Positions 46,423-56,395 of a stretch of 64,000 nt of DNA are shown here, one piece after another. The position numbers were made by a program, and so were the translations under genes. The DNA is from a virus: positions 1 to 64,000 of the IMG/VR virus record IMGVR_UViG_3300033148_002122; one strand, given 5' to 3'. The notes beneath the pieces are model-generated. The model worked only from the letters and a program-made list of their open reading frames with translations, was not told the DNA's origin and ran no database searches. Numbering within the stretch: the first letter of the stretch is position 1; every line of letters starts with the position of its first letter.

Positions 46423-49400
46423 ATGTCTGAACAAGCTAGTAGTTTTGTTATTGGCGCAGTATTTGATGCAGAAAGAGCCTTAATAAAACTTAATGAGTTT
46501 ATTACTGCTGTTAAGACCAAGGCAGCAGAGGCGTCTGTTGCTATTACCACATCCCTTGCGGGTGGTGGTAAGGCTGGTGAATTTGTTGATGCAGACTTAG
46601 TTAGAAATAATCTTAATAGAGTTGAAGAACTAACTAAAAGGTCGTTAAGCAAAGTTGGTAAGGACTACGAAAAGTCTAGTAAAACAAGTGGAACAGCCAT
46701 GTCTAGTGCTACTAAGGAGATGGAGAAATACGGAACTCAGATTGGAACCGTAGCAGGTAGGTTTGAGGGTATGCTACAAGCTTTGGCTGCCTATGCTGGT
46801 GCCCATAAAATAGTTATGCAGGGGCTACAGACACAGGTTACTGCCTATGCTGATGCTCTGGATGCCGTTTCAACTAAGTTTAATGTTCCTATTAAGGACT
46901 TAGTTGATGCCATGAAAGGCATGGGTAAAGCAGGTAAACAGACTGAAAAGGATATGGAAAAAGCAGGAGAGGCTGCTCAAGGCGCAGCAGATGCTGGTCA
47001 GAATTCTGCTTCTCAGCAAGAGCTTGTTAACAAAGCAATTAAAGAAGGTGTTGGCTTTCTTAATAGTAGAATTTCTAGTATGCACGAAGAAGCTCAGTTA
47101 ATTGATAGTGTTATTGAGGGTCAAAAAGTAAGAGCAAGCCAGATCAAAGGAGAACTAAAGAGTCTTAAAAAAACTAGTGAGTTAACTGAGTTAGAAAAAG
47201 AAGGTGTTGAGGGTATAGCTGGTGGTCAGGAAAAACTGAATACACTAACTGCCAGGAGAGAAAATCTTCTTAAGATGCTTTCTAATACTAACAAAAATAT
47301 TGAGAGTTCTTATGAAAGACAGGGTAAACTAAGCGCCGATGTTCACAAGAGTACCACAGGAATAGCCAAACAGGCATTGTTTGCTGCTGCGAATTTCGCA
47401 ACAGTTATTAAACGTGTTTTACTGTGGTCAACGGCTATTGGATTTATATTTGGAACAATACAGAAAATAAATCAAGCGTTTACTGAAAGTATTGATCTAC
47501 AGAACAAGATGGTTCAGATTGCAAAGATTAAACCCTTTGATTTTGACGTAGTACCACTTAGCAAAGCAGCATTGGATACAGCAGTTAGGTATGGAATTTC
47601 TGTTGGGGAAATTGCAGAAACTATGAGAGTGTTCGCCCAGCAGGGTAAAGACGTTAACGAAATTCTTGCTCTTATAGATACCGCCGCGCAAGGTGTTGTT
47701 GCTACTAATTTGACAATGAATAATAGTGTTCAGTTACTTACTGCGGCTATGAATATTTTTGGTAAAACTACTGATGAAGTTGGAATAGTTCTTGATAAGA
47801 TTCAGGCTGTTCAGTCTAGGTTTGCCATTACTGCCGAAGACTTAGCAGATGCTATGAAGTTGCTTGGTCCTATTATCAAAGTACTTGGTTCTGACATGGA
47901 CTTCTTACTCGGATCAGTAACTGCCGTTGCTGAAGCTACTCGTCAATCTGGTAAGTTTGTAGGCAACGCACTCAAGACAATCTTTGCCCGACTTCCTAAG
48001 AAGGATTCTGTATTCTTAATCAATAGTCTTGGCGTTGAGTTGTATAATCTTGAGGGAAACTTAAGACCTTTGCAGAAGATTATTGGAGACTTGGCTGCTC
48101 AGTGGGATACTTTAACAGGTGCTGCAAAACTTAATATTGCTGTAACCTTGGGTGGTATTCGTAGATACAATGTATTCATGACACTAATGGATAATTATCA
48201 GACCGTTGTTGAAGCATCAGCAACTAGTATGTCATCTTTTGGTGAGGTACAAAATGCTGTTCAAAAGGAATCCGAATCTTTTTCAAGAAGACTTAGTAAA
48301 GTAAAAGAACAGTTTAGAGCCTTGGGTATCGAGGCTACTCAGAATCTACTGCCTATATTAGTTGGTGTGGCAGAGTCATTTACACTTTTGGCTAAGAAAG
48401 AAGTTATATTTACCATTGCAACAATTGCTGCCGCAGCGGCTATGACTAGACTTATAAAAAGTGTTGCTGGGTTGGCTTCATTTTCCAACTTGTTGGCAGC
48501 CACTCAAATAAATATAAAAGTATTTGGTAGTGCTGCCGCTGTAGCTAGTGGGAGACTAGTGGCTATGGCTGGAAAATCAGTAATTGCTGCTTCTTCCATG
48601 ATTTTTCTTGGTAGATCAATTCAGGGAGCTAAGGTGGCCTTAATTGCTTTTGGTCGCGCAGCCGCTGTTTCTGCACCAGTATTAATTCTTGTTGGGGCAG
48701 CACTTACCGCTGTAGTTCTTACAATAAAGAAAATATCTTCAACTATGAGAGAGAACAAGTTACTAACTGATCAGATGACAGAGGCATACAGAAAATTTAC
48801 TACAGTTGGTCTTGACTTTAGTAAACTTGGTAACATTGAGGGCGTAGCTCTTGCTGGGTCGATGGGTCTAGCGTCTTTGGTTGCAAACCTAAAGGCAGCA
48901 GGAGTTGAAACGCAGTCTACTGGTGCCCTGCTAAACAAGCTACAAGCAACACTCTTGTTCTATGTTAAGGGGTTTTCTACTAAAGAAACTGTAAAGGAAT
49001 TACAGAAAGCACAAAAAGCAGCCATAAATACACAGCAAGGGTTTGAAAAATTCTTTACTAGCTTATACAGATCTGATTCTGACATAGGTTTATCACTCGG
49101 GAAAGGGCTTGGTAGATCGTTTAAAAAAGTTGGCATTGGTGCTGAAGAATTGAAAGGTATACTCCAAACGTCTATTAGTAAGGCTATGAATGAAGTTGAT
49201 ACCGATGAGCCTACTAAAACTTTCTTGGCAGCACTGTCTAAATCTATATTTATACGCGGAAACGAATTTGGAATTTCTATTCCATACTTATCTAACGTTA
49301 CTAAAGAACTTGGGTCTAGTATAGACGAGACTGGAAAAGTAACTAGAGTTGTTTCTGAGGCTATGGACAAGTACTACCAAAAAATAGGAGAAAATATTGC

Positions 49401-52400
49401 CCTTCAGGGTGATGCTAATAAGTCTATTATAGCAGGAATAAGAGTTCAGTTTAAACAAAAAGATGCTCTAAATGAAATTATAAAATCAGCAATTAAACAC
49501 GCTGACATTAATAAGGCAACAGATAAAACATACATAGGAAGAGTTAAACTCTTACAGAAGTATATATCTAATTTAGAGAGATTGTCTGGTGAAGAAGAGA
49601 GACATATTCTTAACAACGAAGAACTACAAATTTCGTTGTTGGCTATGAACGAAGAATATCAGCAACTTGGGGATACTCTTGATGACATAAAAAACAAACA
49701 TAAAACACAGGTTGATCTTGCAAAGTCTGTTGGTCTTGGGTATGACGAAGCCAAAGGGGCACTTGGTACTTATACTAAGACGGCAGAAACCTATATTACA
49801 ACTCTTAATAGTCTTACACTTACAGAGAAGAAACACGCAAGAGCCTTGGCCTTTGCCAAGAGACAGGAAATACTATTGAGAGGAAAGGGTGATATCTACG
49901 GCACTGATTTCCAAACTGAGTTAAGAGATAGTGAGGGTGCGCTGAAGGGTATGAGTGAATCGTTTGATGCCGCAGATCAGGCAAATGCTAGACTATACGC
50001 TTCAGCCGATGACCTTCAGTTTAAACTAAATCAACTTAGACAGGCATACCCACAGATAACAGCAGATACACTTGCGTTTTTGAGTTCTGTTGATGACCTA
50101 GCAGATTCATTAGAAAAAGCAGGTCAGGTTACATTTAATTATACTAATCAGTTTGTAGATATTAATAAAGAACTCAATGAATATGATATAAAGCTCAGAA
50201 GTGCTGTTGCTGGTATGGGACTTACTGCTAAGGGCTTCAACTCCATGGAACAACGTGGAAAAGTACTTCAATCAGTTCTTGGTAATTTATCTGGTTTCTT
50301 TACAGGTGTTGCTGCCGCAGAGGCTTCTGCCACAAAAGAAACAGCACTTCTTGAAGATAAAATAGGAGAAATAGAGGCAAGCTTAAAGACATTTGAATCT
50401 CAGCGTATATCTCCATTAGCATTCACAGCAGAAGAAATAGCGGAGGTTGATAATTATATAACAAGCATATCAAAAGCAGGTGACGAACTATCTAGGATTG
50501 AGGCAGACGGTATACTTCGTGATGCACTAAAACAGAGAGCAAAAGAGAAGCTAATAAAACTTGAAAAAGAGTTTAATACCTGGATTAAAACCAGTGTTGA
50601 TAACGCTGGTGAACTCTTTGCTATTGATGCAAAGATGTTGTTACAGAGGGAAATTCAACTAGACAAAGAACTTACTATTAGGTCTAAGCTAAACCAACTC
50701 TATGTTTCAGACATAAAGCAAATTGAGCTTACTAACAAACTATATGATAGTAGAAGAGATTCTATACTTTCTACTGGGCTTGCCGAAGCTGATTCCCTAA
50801 GAATTAAGAATGACATATATGGAGTAGAAAATCAAAATGCTGAGTTGGCTGCCTTGGAAATAAGTGATGCCAAACAAAAGTTATTACTAGACAATGAACG
50901 AAGTAGACTAGCTGATCTAAGAAGACTGAAAGAACAGGCTATTGTTGAGGTTTATAAGCTACAGAGAAAAGAACTAGACCTAGTTATTAAAAACCAAGAG
51001 TCTTACTTTAGTAAAGTTGGCGACTTACTTACCTCTCCTATTGAGAGAGCTATTAGCTTGTCCAATGACTTAGGATTTAAAATAAGTAGAACTATCAAAT
51101 TATTTGATGTACAAAAGAGAACTAATGAGGAATTACTTAAAACTCAGATAGCATACCTTGAAAGTAAGAAAACTGAAGACGATATTAATAACTCTGGCCT
51201 AGACAGAGATATTAGGGAACTTCAGTTAAAGCACGATATAGCGGCTATTCAGGAACAAATTAACAAGAATGTATCTATAGAGAATCTAAAAGTAGAAGAC
51301 CTTATTAAAAGTCTTGAGAAAGCTAATGAAACATATAGCGAGATTCGTGCAACAATACTGGCAACGGCATCTGACTTTGATAAACTTATCGAAGACGCTC
51401 ATGTGTTTACTGACCTGTTTGACGAGATAGGCAGAATATTTTACCGCAAGGGTGTAGAGAACATTTTTGACACAATGTTTGAAGCTCCAAATAACAAGTT
51501 GGCAGAAGCTCTTGAATCAGGTAAACTGGATATAAAACTAACTAGTATTATTGATCCTAGCGTTCTTGCTGAACTTGAGAGAAAGATTGGTGAGGCAATT
51601 CAGATTGATCGTGCTGCTGCAATTAAGTTCCAAGATAGTGTAGCAAGTGCAATACATAGTACTGAAGAAACTCTTGTTCAAACTATGGAAACTATAGGTC
51701 AATCGTATGTAAGCATATTAAGTGATATGATTTCTTCTGTTGATACCCAAGCTCTTATAGAGGCTATGGTTGTTATCCGTCAGTTAAGGGGTGAGCTTGA
51801 GAGAATAAAGTCAGACTTTAATCAGAGAACAGGTACTGAGCAAGCTGCTTCTGACACTAAGACTACGAGGTTACTAAGTGAGTTAACTGGGTATGCCGGG
51901 GGAGTCAAGAACTATGCTAACGCAATGAGATATCAAAATAAAAATATAGAGAATTTAACTGATGAACTTGCAGGAGATAGATCACTATCTGATATTATTA
52001 GTAGTGGACCAATTGATGTTAGCATCGTTGGGGCTACACCAGCCGCAGCCGCGATATTGCTTGGAGGTTTACCAGATGAACCTACTGGTGGTGATGACCC
52101 AGGAGAACCAGATTTAGGTAGAGATCTTGGTAAATCAGTTTTACGCTTACAATCTGGTATTTCACTATTATCTGTAGCCATGGGGTCTATAGCTGGTGTT
52201 AATACAGGTAGGGGAATAGCCTCTGGCGCTGGTATAGGAGGCAGTATTGCTTCACTGTTAGAACTCGGAACTTCTGGAACTAACGCATTATTAGGAATTG
52301 GTGCTATTGCCGGAATGTTCTACGGTATACAGAGAGACAAGGATGCACGTAGAAAAGAAGAAGAAGCGGAGAGGCATAGAGCAGAAGAGAGAAGAAAAGA

Positions 52401-52692
52401 AGCTATTGAAGCCGCGAGAACCCGTGCGGCTATACTCGATGCCACAGAAAGAGTAGTTAACAACACCAACCCAATTAGTTCATCAGTATTATTTGCTCCA
52501 ACAGGATTCAGAATACCTTCCTACGCACTTCAGGGTGGAGCTATTCCTGGTGGGCAGACTAATCAGTTTAATATAACAGTACCGCTGGGTGCTGATGCCA
52601 GAAGAGTTGGCGAAGAGATAGCAAATAAAGTAAATGGAAACTATCAAGAAGAGTCGTTTAGACAATCTTCTAATTCAGATTCTTACTTGTAA
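46423..52692 (+). CDS. tail tape measure protein (TP901-like core)
   Basis: 2089 aa, Ala/Leu/Glu/Lys-rich helical; GNALKTIFARL core; hydrophobic central segments. Confidence 0.93.
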   Translation: MSEQASSFVIGAVFDAERALIKLNEFITAVKTKAAEASVAITTSLAGGGKAGEFVDADLVRNNLNRVEELTKRSLSKVGKDYEKSSKTSGTAMSSATKEMEKYGTQIGTVAGRFEGMLQALAAYAGAHKIVMQGLQTQVTAYADALDAVSTKFNVPIKDLVDAMKGMGKAGKQTEKDMEKAGEAAQGAADAGQNSASQQELVNKAIKEGVGFLNSRISSMHEEAQLIDSVIEGQKVRASQIKGELKSLKKTSELTELEKEGVEGIAGGQEKLNTLTARRENLLKMLSNTNKNIESSYERQGKLSADVHKSTTGIAKQALFAAANFATVIKRVLLWSTAIGFIFGTIQKINQAFTESIDLQNKMVQIAKIKPFDFDVVPLSKAALDTAVRYGISVGEIAETMRVFAQQGKDVNEILALIDTAAQGVVATNLTMNNSVQLLTAAMNIFGKTTDEVGIVLDKIQAVQSRFAITAEDLADAMKLLGPIIKVLGSDMDFLLGSVTAVAEATRQSGKFVGNALKTIFARLPKKDSVFLINSLGVELYNLEGNLRPLQKIIGDLAAQWDTLTGAAKLNIAVTLGGIRRYNVFMTLMDNYQTVVEASATSMSSFGEVQNAVQKESESFSRRLSKVKEQFRALGIEATQNLLPILVGVAESFTLLAKKEVIFTIATIAAAAAMTRLIKSVAGLASFSNLLAATQINIKVFGSAAAVASGRLVAMAGKSVIAASSMIFLGRSIQGAKVALIAFGRAAAVSAPVLILVGAALTAVVLTIKKISSTMRENKLLTDQMTEAYRKFTTVGLDFSKLGNIEGVALAGSMGLASLVANLKAAGVETQSTGALLNKLQATLLFYVKGFSTKETVKELQKAQKAAINTQQGFEKFFTSLYRSDSDIGLSLGKGLGRSFKKVGIGAEELKGILQTSISKAMNEVDTDEPTKTFLAALSKSIFIRGNEFGISIPYLSNVTKELGSSIDETGKVTRVVSEAMDKYYQKIGENIALQGDANKSIIAGIRVQFKQKDALNEIIKSAIKHADINKATDKTYIGRVKLLQKYISNLERLSGEEERHILNNEELQISLLAMNEEYQQLGDTLDDIKNKHKTQVDLAKSVGLGYDEAKGALGTYTKTAETYITTLNSLTLTEKKHARALAFAKRQEILLRGKGDIYGTDFQTELRDSEGALKGMSESFDAADQANARLYASADDLQFKLNQLRQAYPQITADTLAFLSSVDDLADSLEKAGQVTFNYTNQFVDINKELNEYDIKLRSAVAGMGLTAKGFNSMEQRGKVLQSVLGNLSGFFTGVAAAEASATKETALLEDKIGEIEASLKTFESQRISPLAFTAEEIAEVDNYITSISKAGDELSRIEADGILRDALKQRAKEKLIKLEKEFNTWIKTSVDNAGELFAIDAKMLLQREIQLDKELTIRSKLNQLYVSDIKQIELTNKLYDSRRDSILSTGLAEADSLRIKNDIYGVENQNAELAALEISDAKQKLLLDNERSRLADLRRLKEQAIVEVYKLQRKELDLVIKNQESYFSKVGDLLTSPIERAISLSNDLGFKISRTIKLFDVQKRTNEELLKTQIAYLESKKTEDDINNSGLDRDIRELQLKHDIAAIQEQINKNVSIENLKVEDLIKSLEKANETYSEIRATILATASDFDKLIEDAHVFTDLFDEIGRIFYRKGVENIFDTMFEAPNNKLAEALESGKLDIKLTSIIDPSVLAELERKIGEAIQIDRAAAIKFQDSVASAIHSTEETLVQTMETIGQSYVSILSDMISSVDTQALIEAMVVIRQLRGELERIKSDFNQRTGTEQAASDTKTTRLLSELTGYAGGVKNYANAMRYQNKNIENLTDELAGDRSLSDIISSGPIDVSIVGATPAAAAILLGGLPDEPTGGDDPGEPDLGRDLGKSVLRLQSGISLLSVAMGSIAGVNTGRGIASGAGIGGSIASLLELGTSGTNALLGIGAIAGMFYGIQRDKDARRKEEEAERHRAEERRKEAIEAARTRAAILDATERVVNNTNPISSSVLFAPTGFRIPSYALQGGAIPGGQTNQFNITVPLGADARRVGEEIANKVNGNYQEESFRQSSNSDSYL

Positions 52693-52703
52693 GGGAGTTA
52701 TAA

Positions 52704-55700
52704 ATGTCTGATACAAAGTATAGTCTAACTGATACCACTAATCCTTATGGTTTTAAGGGTGTTCTAGGAACGGGGGTTGGTAGGCACAGTGTATCTAGGT
52801 ATGATAAATTCTTGCCTAGTGATAGGAATTTTTTAGAAGAAGTTATTACTGAAATTCGTAGGGAATTATCTACTCAAATTAGTGACACTACTTCTCTTCA
52901 TCAACAAATAACCCAACAAGTATATGTTCCTAATACTAAGACATCTGCTGTTAACGTTAACTACTTGCCTGTAGATTTTAGAGCAGCGGGTGAGTATAAA
53001 CCTACTAATAGCCTTGATGGTCCTCTTGAGTTAAAATATGAAGGGTATATTAATAGAGTAATTGTACACCGTAATACACCTGGAATTGATGGCACAACAG
53101 CGATTAACGTTAAGATAGATGGAACAAGTATTTTGGATGGACTCATAACTATAGGATCTGATGAAACAGCAGCAACAGTAGTTACTGATTTTACATCAAC
53201 ATACTACGAAATTGATAGCAATCTAACGGTTGATATTATAGATGTTGAGGCAAATGCATCCGACCTAATGGTTACTGTTGAGCTAGCTTTTCCATTCCAG
53301 TCTAATGTATTTCTAGCTAATTTTTCACTAACAGGCAGAGGAAGTATAACTGAGAATCTAGATGGTTTCTTCATAGTACCATTCGAATCAGAGTGGAAAT
53401 ATTGGCAAGGAGTTACTGATTCTACTAGCTTAGGTCAGTACAGCATTACTGCCCATAGACTGGATACAACTACTAGTGCCGGTCCAACAACTTTTCCTGC
53501 TCCTGGTGAAGCTAGTGCTAGTTTGAATGAAAACAGGATACAACCTGGGGAACTATTTAGTGTGTCTGTTAACGAGGTTCCTTCTTCCGGTGAAGATATG
53601 AGGGCAACACTTACGTTTAATAGAAGAATACCAGAGTACTATGCTATAATGGATTTTCAGGCGATGGGTAATTACTATGTAACAGAGAATGCTGATATAG
53701 CTCGATATATTCCAGAAAATATAACAATTAAGGATGTATACCTAACTAGATCAACCGGAGGAACAGATAATACATCTGTTTTCACACTTAATGATGATGG
53801 TGTTGAGATAGCTAGGGTATACATTGACAGCAGTACGGCTATTTATGATAGTACAGGTTGTCATGTTTCACCAGAAGTTGAGGTGGCTGCTGGGTCTTAC
53901 CTAACGCTTGATATTATTGGTGTTGAGGATGGGGTGCCATCAGACGCAAGATGTATGGTTGTATATGATGTATCAATACCAACCACACCAATAGGTTTAG
54001 CCGATTCAACAGAAACGGCAGAACTTAGAAATAGCTTTATTTCACTGGACAGCAGTGTTGCAGACATATCGACTCATCTTGGTCTAGTTGATACTACAGC
54101 TTCAAACACACTGGCTAGTCTTAATAGTATTGATAGTACAGTAAGTGATATACTTAGTAGACTAACTTTACTAGATACTACAGCGTCCCAACTAACTGAT
54201 GAATACCTGGAGTTGGACGCTACTGTAGACTATATATTATATAATCAGTTGCTAAACAACAACTTATTGATTCAGTTTGGTAATGACCTAGATAGTTTTG
54301 ATAGTACTTTGGCTGAGATGTCTGTAGGTCTTGGTATTTTTGATAGTACTATATCAGAGATGTCAGATAAAATTATTGAAATAGATAGTACAGCTTCTGA
54401 GATATCTTCTAGAATAAATATAATAGATAGTACTACTGCTGAAATGTCTATAAAACTTATAGCACTAGATAGCACTGTATCTGAGTTATCTGCTGTAGTT
54501 GGTGACACACCTGAATATGATTATGTTGACCTAGACACATCGTATGGAAAACCTGTCCATCAACCTGGAAGGTTATTCTGGGATGACGATAATAAAACTG
54601 TTGCGATGTACACTGATAGTACTGAGGTTACACTACAGATAGGACAAGAGGATTGGACTCGGGTTAAAAACGAAACAGGGAATACTATTGTTAATGGCAG
54701 GGCAGTAAATGTTGTTGGAGTAAATGGTAACGGCATACCTCTAGTTGATTTCGCACACGCAGGTGATAGTACATACAATCATTGTCATGGCCTAATGACT
54801 CACAATCTTGAAACTGGTAACATAGGTTATATGGTATCTCGCGGTATTATCCATGATATTGATACTTCTTGGCTTTCTGCTGGTGATCCTCTTTATCTTT
54901 GTGATTCTACGGCTGGTCTGTACGGAACTACTATACCAACTGCTGCTGCGTCTGCTATACAGGAGATTGGTGTTGTTTTAGAATCAGGTGTTTCTGGATC
55001 TGCTCTAGTACATCCACACGCACCATCTAGAAATTCAGAACGAGCATTTGAAAGATCTTGGGCTATAACAAGTCTCAGTGGTGCGTCTGGAGACTACTAC
55101 TTTGGTGGATTTTACAAACACGGTGGTACTCACGATGATTTTAGTGGAGTAGTTAACTTTGGAAGTGCTAACGTATCGTATGCTGCACATTTCTTTGTTG
55201 TTCTTGGTGCCTCTACTGTTGATGAGTTAACAATACATGTCACTGGAACATCTATAAACGACAACGGTGACAGAGCTACTAGTGACACTGAAGATATTGT
55301 AATTCCAACACTAACTTCTGTTAATGCATATTTCGAGACTAGTAAGAAGTGGTTAGGTCAAATTTCTGTAACTGTTACAGGTGGAACAGCGAAAGATTGT
55401 AATTATGGGTTCTCCAAATATTGGGATAACAATAATAACGCATTCCAACTAATAGGTCTTGAAGTAACGGGGTTAGCTGGAGCGTCAGATACTGGTATAG
55501 AAATAAGATTGATTCATCACACTAGCTCTGGATGGACGTATAACGCAGGAAGTTCCGCTGTACCCGCAGTCTTGGCATCAATGTCTACTGACCACTCAAC
55601 AGAGAGTAGGGTAGCTTCGGGTGAGGAATTTGCATGGAAACGTTCTAACTTAGATACGTCTGTAGCTGGTGGAGATTCTGAAGGAACAATCTTTTTTATT

Positions 55701-55775
55701 ACTACCACGGTTAACGATGCCGTTGAAGTTGGAACAGCAATGATTAGAATTATTACGGATATTACTAGCCAATAA
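52704..55775 (+). CDS. fibre protein: three tandem beta domains, DST-studded coiled coil and C-terminal domains
   Basis: Three related domains of about 110 aa (LTVDIIDVE / FSVSVNEV / LTLDIIGVE); 14-aa periodic coiled coil; 12 DST and 5 DTT. Confidence 0.7.
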   Translation: MSDTKYSLTDTTNPYGFKGVLGTGVGRHSVSRYDKFLPSDRNFLEEVITEIRRELSTQISDTTSLHQQITQQVYVPNTKTSAVNVNYLPVDFRAAGEYKPTNSLDGPLELKYEGYINRVIVHRNTPGIDGTTAINVKIDGTSILDGLITIGSDETAATVVTDFTSTYYEIDSNLTVDIIDVEANASDLMVTVELAFPFQSNVFLANFSLTGRGSITENLDGFFIVPFESEWKYWQGVTDSTSLGQYSITAHRLDTTTSAGPTTFPAPGEASASLNENRIQPGELFSVSVNEVPSSGEDMRATLTFNRRIPEYYAIMDFQAMGNYYVTENADIARYIPENITIKDVYLTRSTGGTDNTSVFTLNDDGVEIARVYIDSSTAIYDSTGCHVSPEVEVAAGSYLTLDIIGVEDGVPSDARCMVVYDVSIPTTPIGLADSTETAELRNSFISLDSSVADISTHLGLVDTTASNTLASLNSIDSTVSDILSRLTLLDTTASQLTDEYLELDATVDYILYNQLLNNNLLIQFGNDLDSFDSTLAEMSVGLGIFDSTISEMSDKIIEIDSTASEISSRINIIDSTTAEMSIKLIALDSTVSELSAVVGDTPEYDYVDLDTSYGKPVHQPGRLFWDDDNKTVAMYTDSTEVTLQIGQEDWTRVKNETGNTIVNGRAVNVVGVNGNGIPLVDFAHAGDSTYNHCHGLMTHNLETGNIGYMVSRGIIHDIDTSWLSAGDPLYLCDSTAGLYGTTIPTAAASAIQEIGVVLESGVSGSALVHPHAPSRNSERAFERSWAITSLSGASGDYYFGGFYKHGGTHDDFSGVVNFGSANVSYAAHFFVVLGASTVDELTIHVTGTSINDNGDRATSDTEDIVIPTLTSVNAYFETSKKWLGQISVTVTGGTAKDCNYGFSKYWDNNNNAFQLIGLEVTGLAGASDTGIEIRLIHHTSSGWTYNAGSSAVPAVLASMSTDHSTESRVASGEEFAWKRSNLDTSVAGGDSEGTIFFITTTVNDAVEVGTAMIRIITDITSQ

Positions 55776-55784
55776 GGAGCTAAA

Positions 55785-56378
55785 ATGACAACTTTTTATA
55801 CGCTCGATTCTAGAGCTAAAATAATTCAAGTGCAGGACAGCACAGGAGGAGATCCTTGGGATTCGACTAGCTGGCCTGAAGAAGATTCTACCAGTACCCA
55901 AGAGTCAACTTTTACTATAGAGGGGCACAGGGATAACGTACCCTACGCTGCCGAACCGTTTGATTCTACGGCTGTTTGGGAGCAACTACCTTGTATCTTC
56001 CAGTGTCCATCAGGGCATGTTGCGTATATTACTTCAGCAACACTTCTCTATTGGGTAGCTGATGCCGATGGTCAAAATTATGGTTCTGGAGACAGTACTT
56101 TCGGGTGGAGGGGTTTTGCAAACTTTAGATTCTACACAACGGGTATGCCACTAGATACCACTTCATCAGTATGGGCACCAACAAACGTGTTCCTGCCTGT
56201 GGTATGCAGTCAGGACAATCCTTATGGAAGTAAAACATGGCATTTCACAGATGCAGCCCAGCCATTAAATAGACCATTACGTGCAGGAGAGTCACTTGAT
56301 TTGCGAGTTCGTCCACATGATGGTCCTATAAATCACTGTCAGGCAATTTTTACTGGATATTTAGTAGCGGAAGCGTAA
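55785..56378 (+). CDS. DST-rich putative virion protein
   Basis: AAGGAG RBS; 5 DST and 1 DTT in 197 aa. Confidence 0.6.
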   Translation: MTTFYTLDSRAKIIQVQDSTGGDPWDSTSWPEEDSTSTQESTFTIEGHRDNVPYAAEPFDSTAVWEQLPCIFQCPSGHVAYITSATLLYWVADADGQNYGSGDSTFGWRGFANFRFYTTGMPLDTTSSVWAPTNVFLPVVCSQDNPYGSKTWHFTDAAQPLNRPLRAGESLDLRVRPHDGPINHCQAIFTGYLVAEA

Positions 56379-56395
56379 TATAAGGGGAGACTAAA

